A stretch of 64,000 nt of DNA from Marsupella aquatica. Lineage: Eukaryota > Plantae > Marchantiophyta. The notes below the pieces were generated by a model, which saw nothing but the letters and a program-made list of their open reading frames with translations, had not been told where the DNA came from and did not search any database. This document shows, in pieces, positions 62,754 through 64,000 of the stretch. The translations under genes and the position numbers were made by a program. The DNA lies in the NCBI GenBank assembly GCA_973895155.1, contig OZ316892.1, forward strand, positions 18,466,357 through 18,530,356, in the 5' to 3' direction. Position 1 is the first letter of the stretch; the number at the start of each line of letters is the position of its first letter.

Positions 62754-63687
62754 TTGTTTATGGCCAAAAGCCATCATCACTTTGAAGCTTTGAGACGCCC
62801 TACTCCATTTACTTTGAAAGAGTTCTCGTTTGACAAGCTGAGTTGCAATCTGTCACTTATTTGCACATTCTTTGCACATATAAGCTCTTATGAAAGGCTC
62901 CCATAGTCTGTTGTACTAAATGCAGTATGGCTGGGAACAAACCTTGGTGCTTGAGATGCTGAGCGGGGAACCAATCCTTGGTGATGAATAACCGGATGCC
63001 TTCTCAGGACAGGTGCATCCACCCAAAAGCACTCTCCTATTTCTTTTGAGCCCTTTGCCCTCCGCAGGCGTATGAATAACAGATAGTACATGCAACAACC
63101 AAACTTCTAACTAAATAATGAGGTAGTATAAGTTAATCCCCTTTTCGCCACTCAGTTTGCCAATCTAGTTCATCATGACATTAGTAATGATCTACTTTTT
63201 GTAGATCCCATTGAACCTTGAAGCTAATGATCGGCTTTGGAGATCCCATTGAATTCTTGAAGGAATTCTTGAAGCTCGTAAACTCCAAACTTCCCTTTAA
63301 ATATGGCTAGTGGCAGTTTAAGTGATCCTTCACTGATGTCAATGGGTCACAAATGAGTAAAGTGTAGTATCTATTGAATGCAAAAACTATATGATTATAT
63401 ACCCTATATATATGTAAAATGTTTGTTATGTCACGGTGACTTTGATGACCATGCTATCATTTGTAATTAGTTCTTCCCCGTTTGCTCAGCCAGGGCCACA
63501 ACAGACATGCATTGGTTGGAAGCGAAATTCCAACCAATGCATAGGTTGACCGTCACCAAAATTCGTGTGAACAATTGTATGGTTTAGAAAAGGAGGACCG
63601 ATGCGACCCAGTTCCTGAGCTCGAATGTATATTGAGAGCAGAACGCGGCTAAACTCGTGCTAACATTTGACAACCTACTGAGTATGG

Positions 63688-63934
63688 TAGTTTTGCTCTG
63701 AAGGAATGCATTCTACTTTTCGTCTCAAGCTGATTGGTAAGTGCGCTTCGTTGCTGACTGGCTACTTGGTTATTGCTCTGAAGGAATGCATTCTATTTTT
63801 CGCCTCAAGCTGACTGGTAAGTGCGCTTCGTTGCTGACTGGCTACTTGGTTAGTTTTGCTCTGAAGGAATGCATTCTATTTTTCGCCTCAAGCTGATTGG
63901 TAAGTGCGCTTCGTTGCTGACTGGCTACTTGGTT
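63688..63934. repeat. 80-83-bp tandem repeat x3
   Basis: ttgctctgaaggaatgcattcta(c/t)ttttcg(t/c)ctcaagctga(t/c)tggtaagtgcgcttcgttgctgactggctacttggt occurs three times. Confidence 0.93.
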
Positions 63935-64000
63935 GACTTGCACCTTTGCATGGAAGACATGCAGTATATGGACCAACAATCGGGCCAACAATAGACAATA

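Overview
Eukaryotic, intron-containing plant DNA, most likely a non-seed land plant such as a bryophyte (inferred from gene content and TE types). It holds four host genes: an ANKRD13-like ankyrin protein (+), a SEN1/UPF1-type SF1 helicase whose ATPase motifs sit on microexons (-), an OPT oligopeptide transporter (-) and an intronless alpha-expansin (+). The rest is TE relics, MITEs, SINEs and tandem duplications. The standout is a Ty3/Gypsy-type retrotransposon (~40.5-48 kb, - strand). Its gag-pol reconstructs to a single ORF ordered Gag(2xCCHC)-protease-DNMT3-like C5 cytosine methyltransferase-RT-RNaseH-integrase-PHD finger, so the element carries both a DNA-methylation writer and a chromatin reader. 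This copy is disabled by five small lesions, three of them stops one C->T change away from sense codons in CG/CHG context. I could not find a 3' LTR. All calls were made by eye from the sequence and ORF track; no database searches were run.
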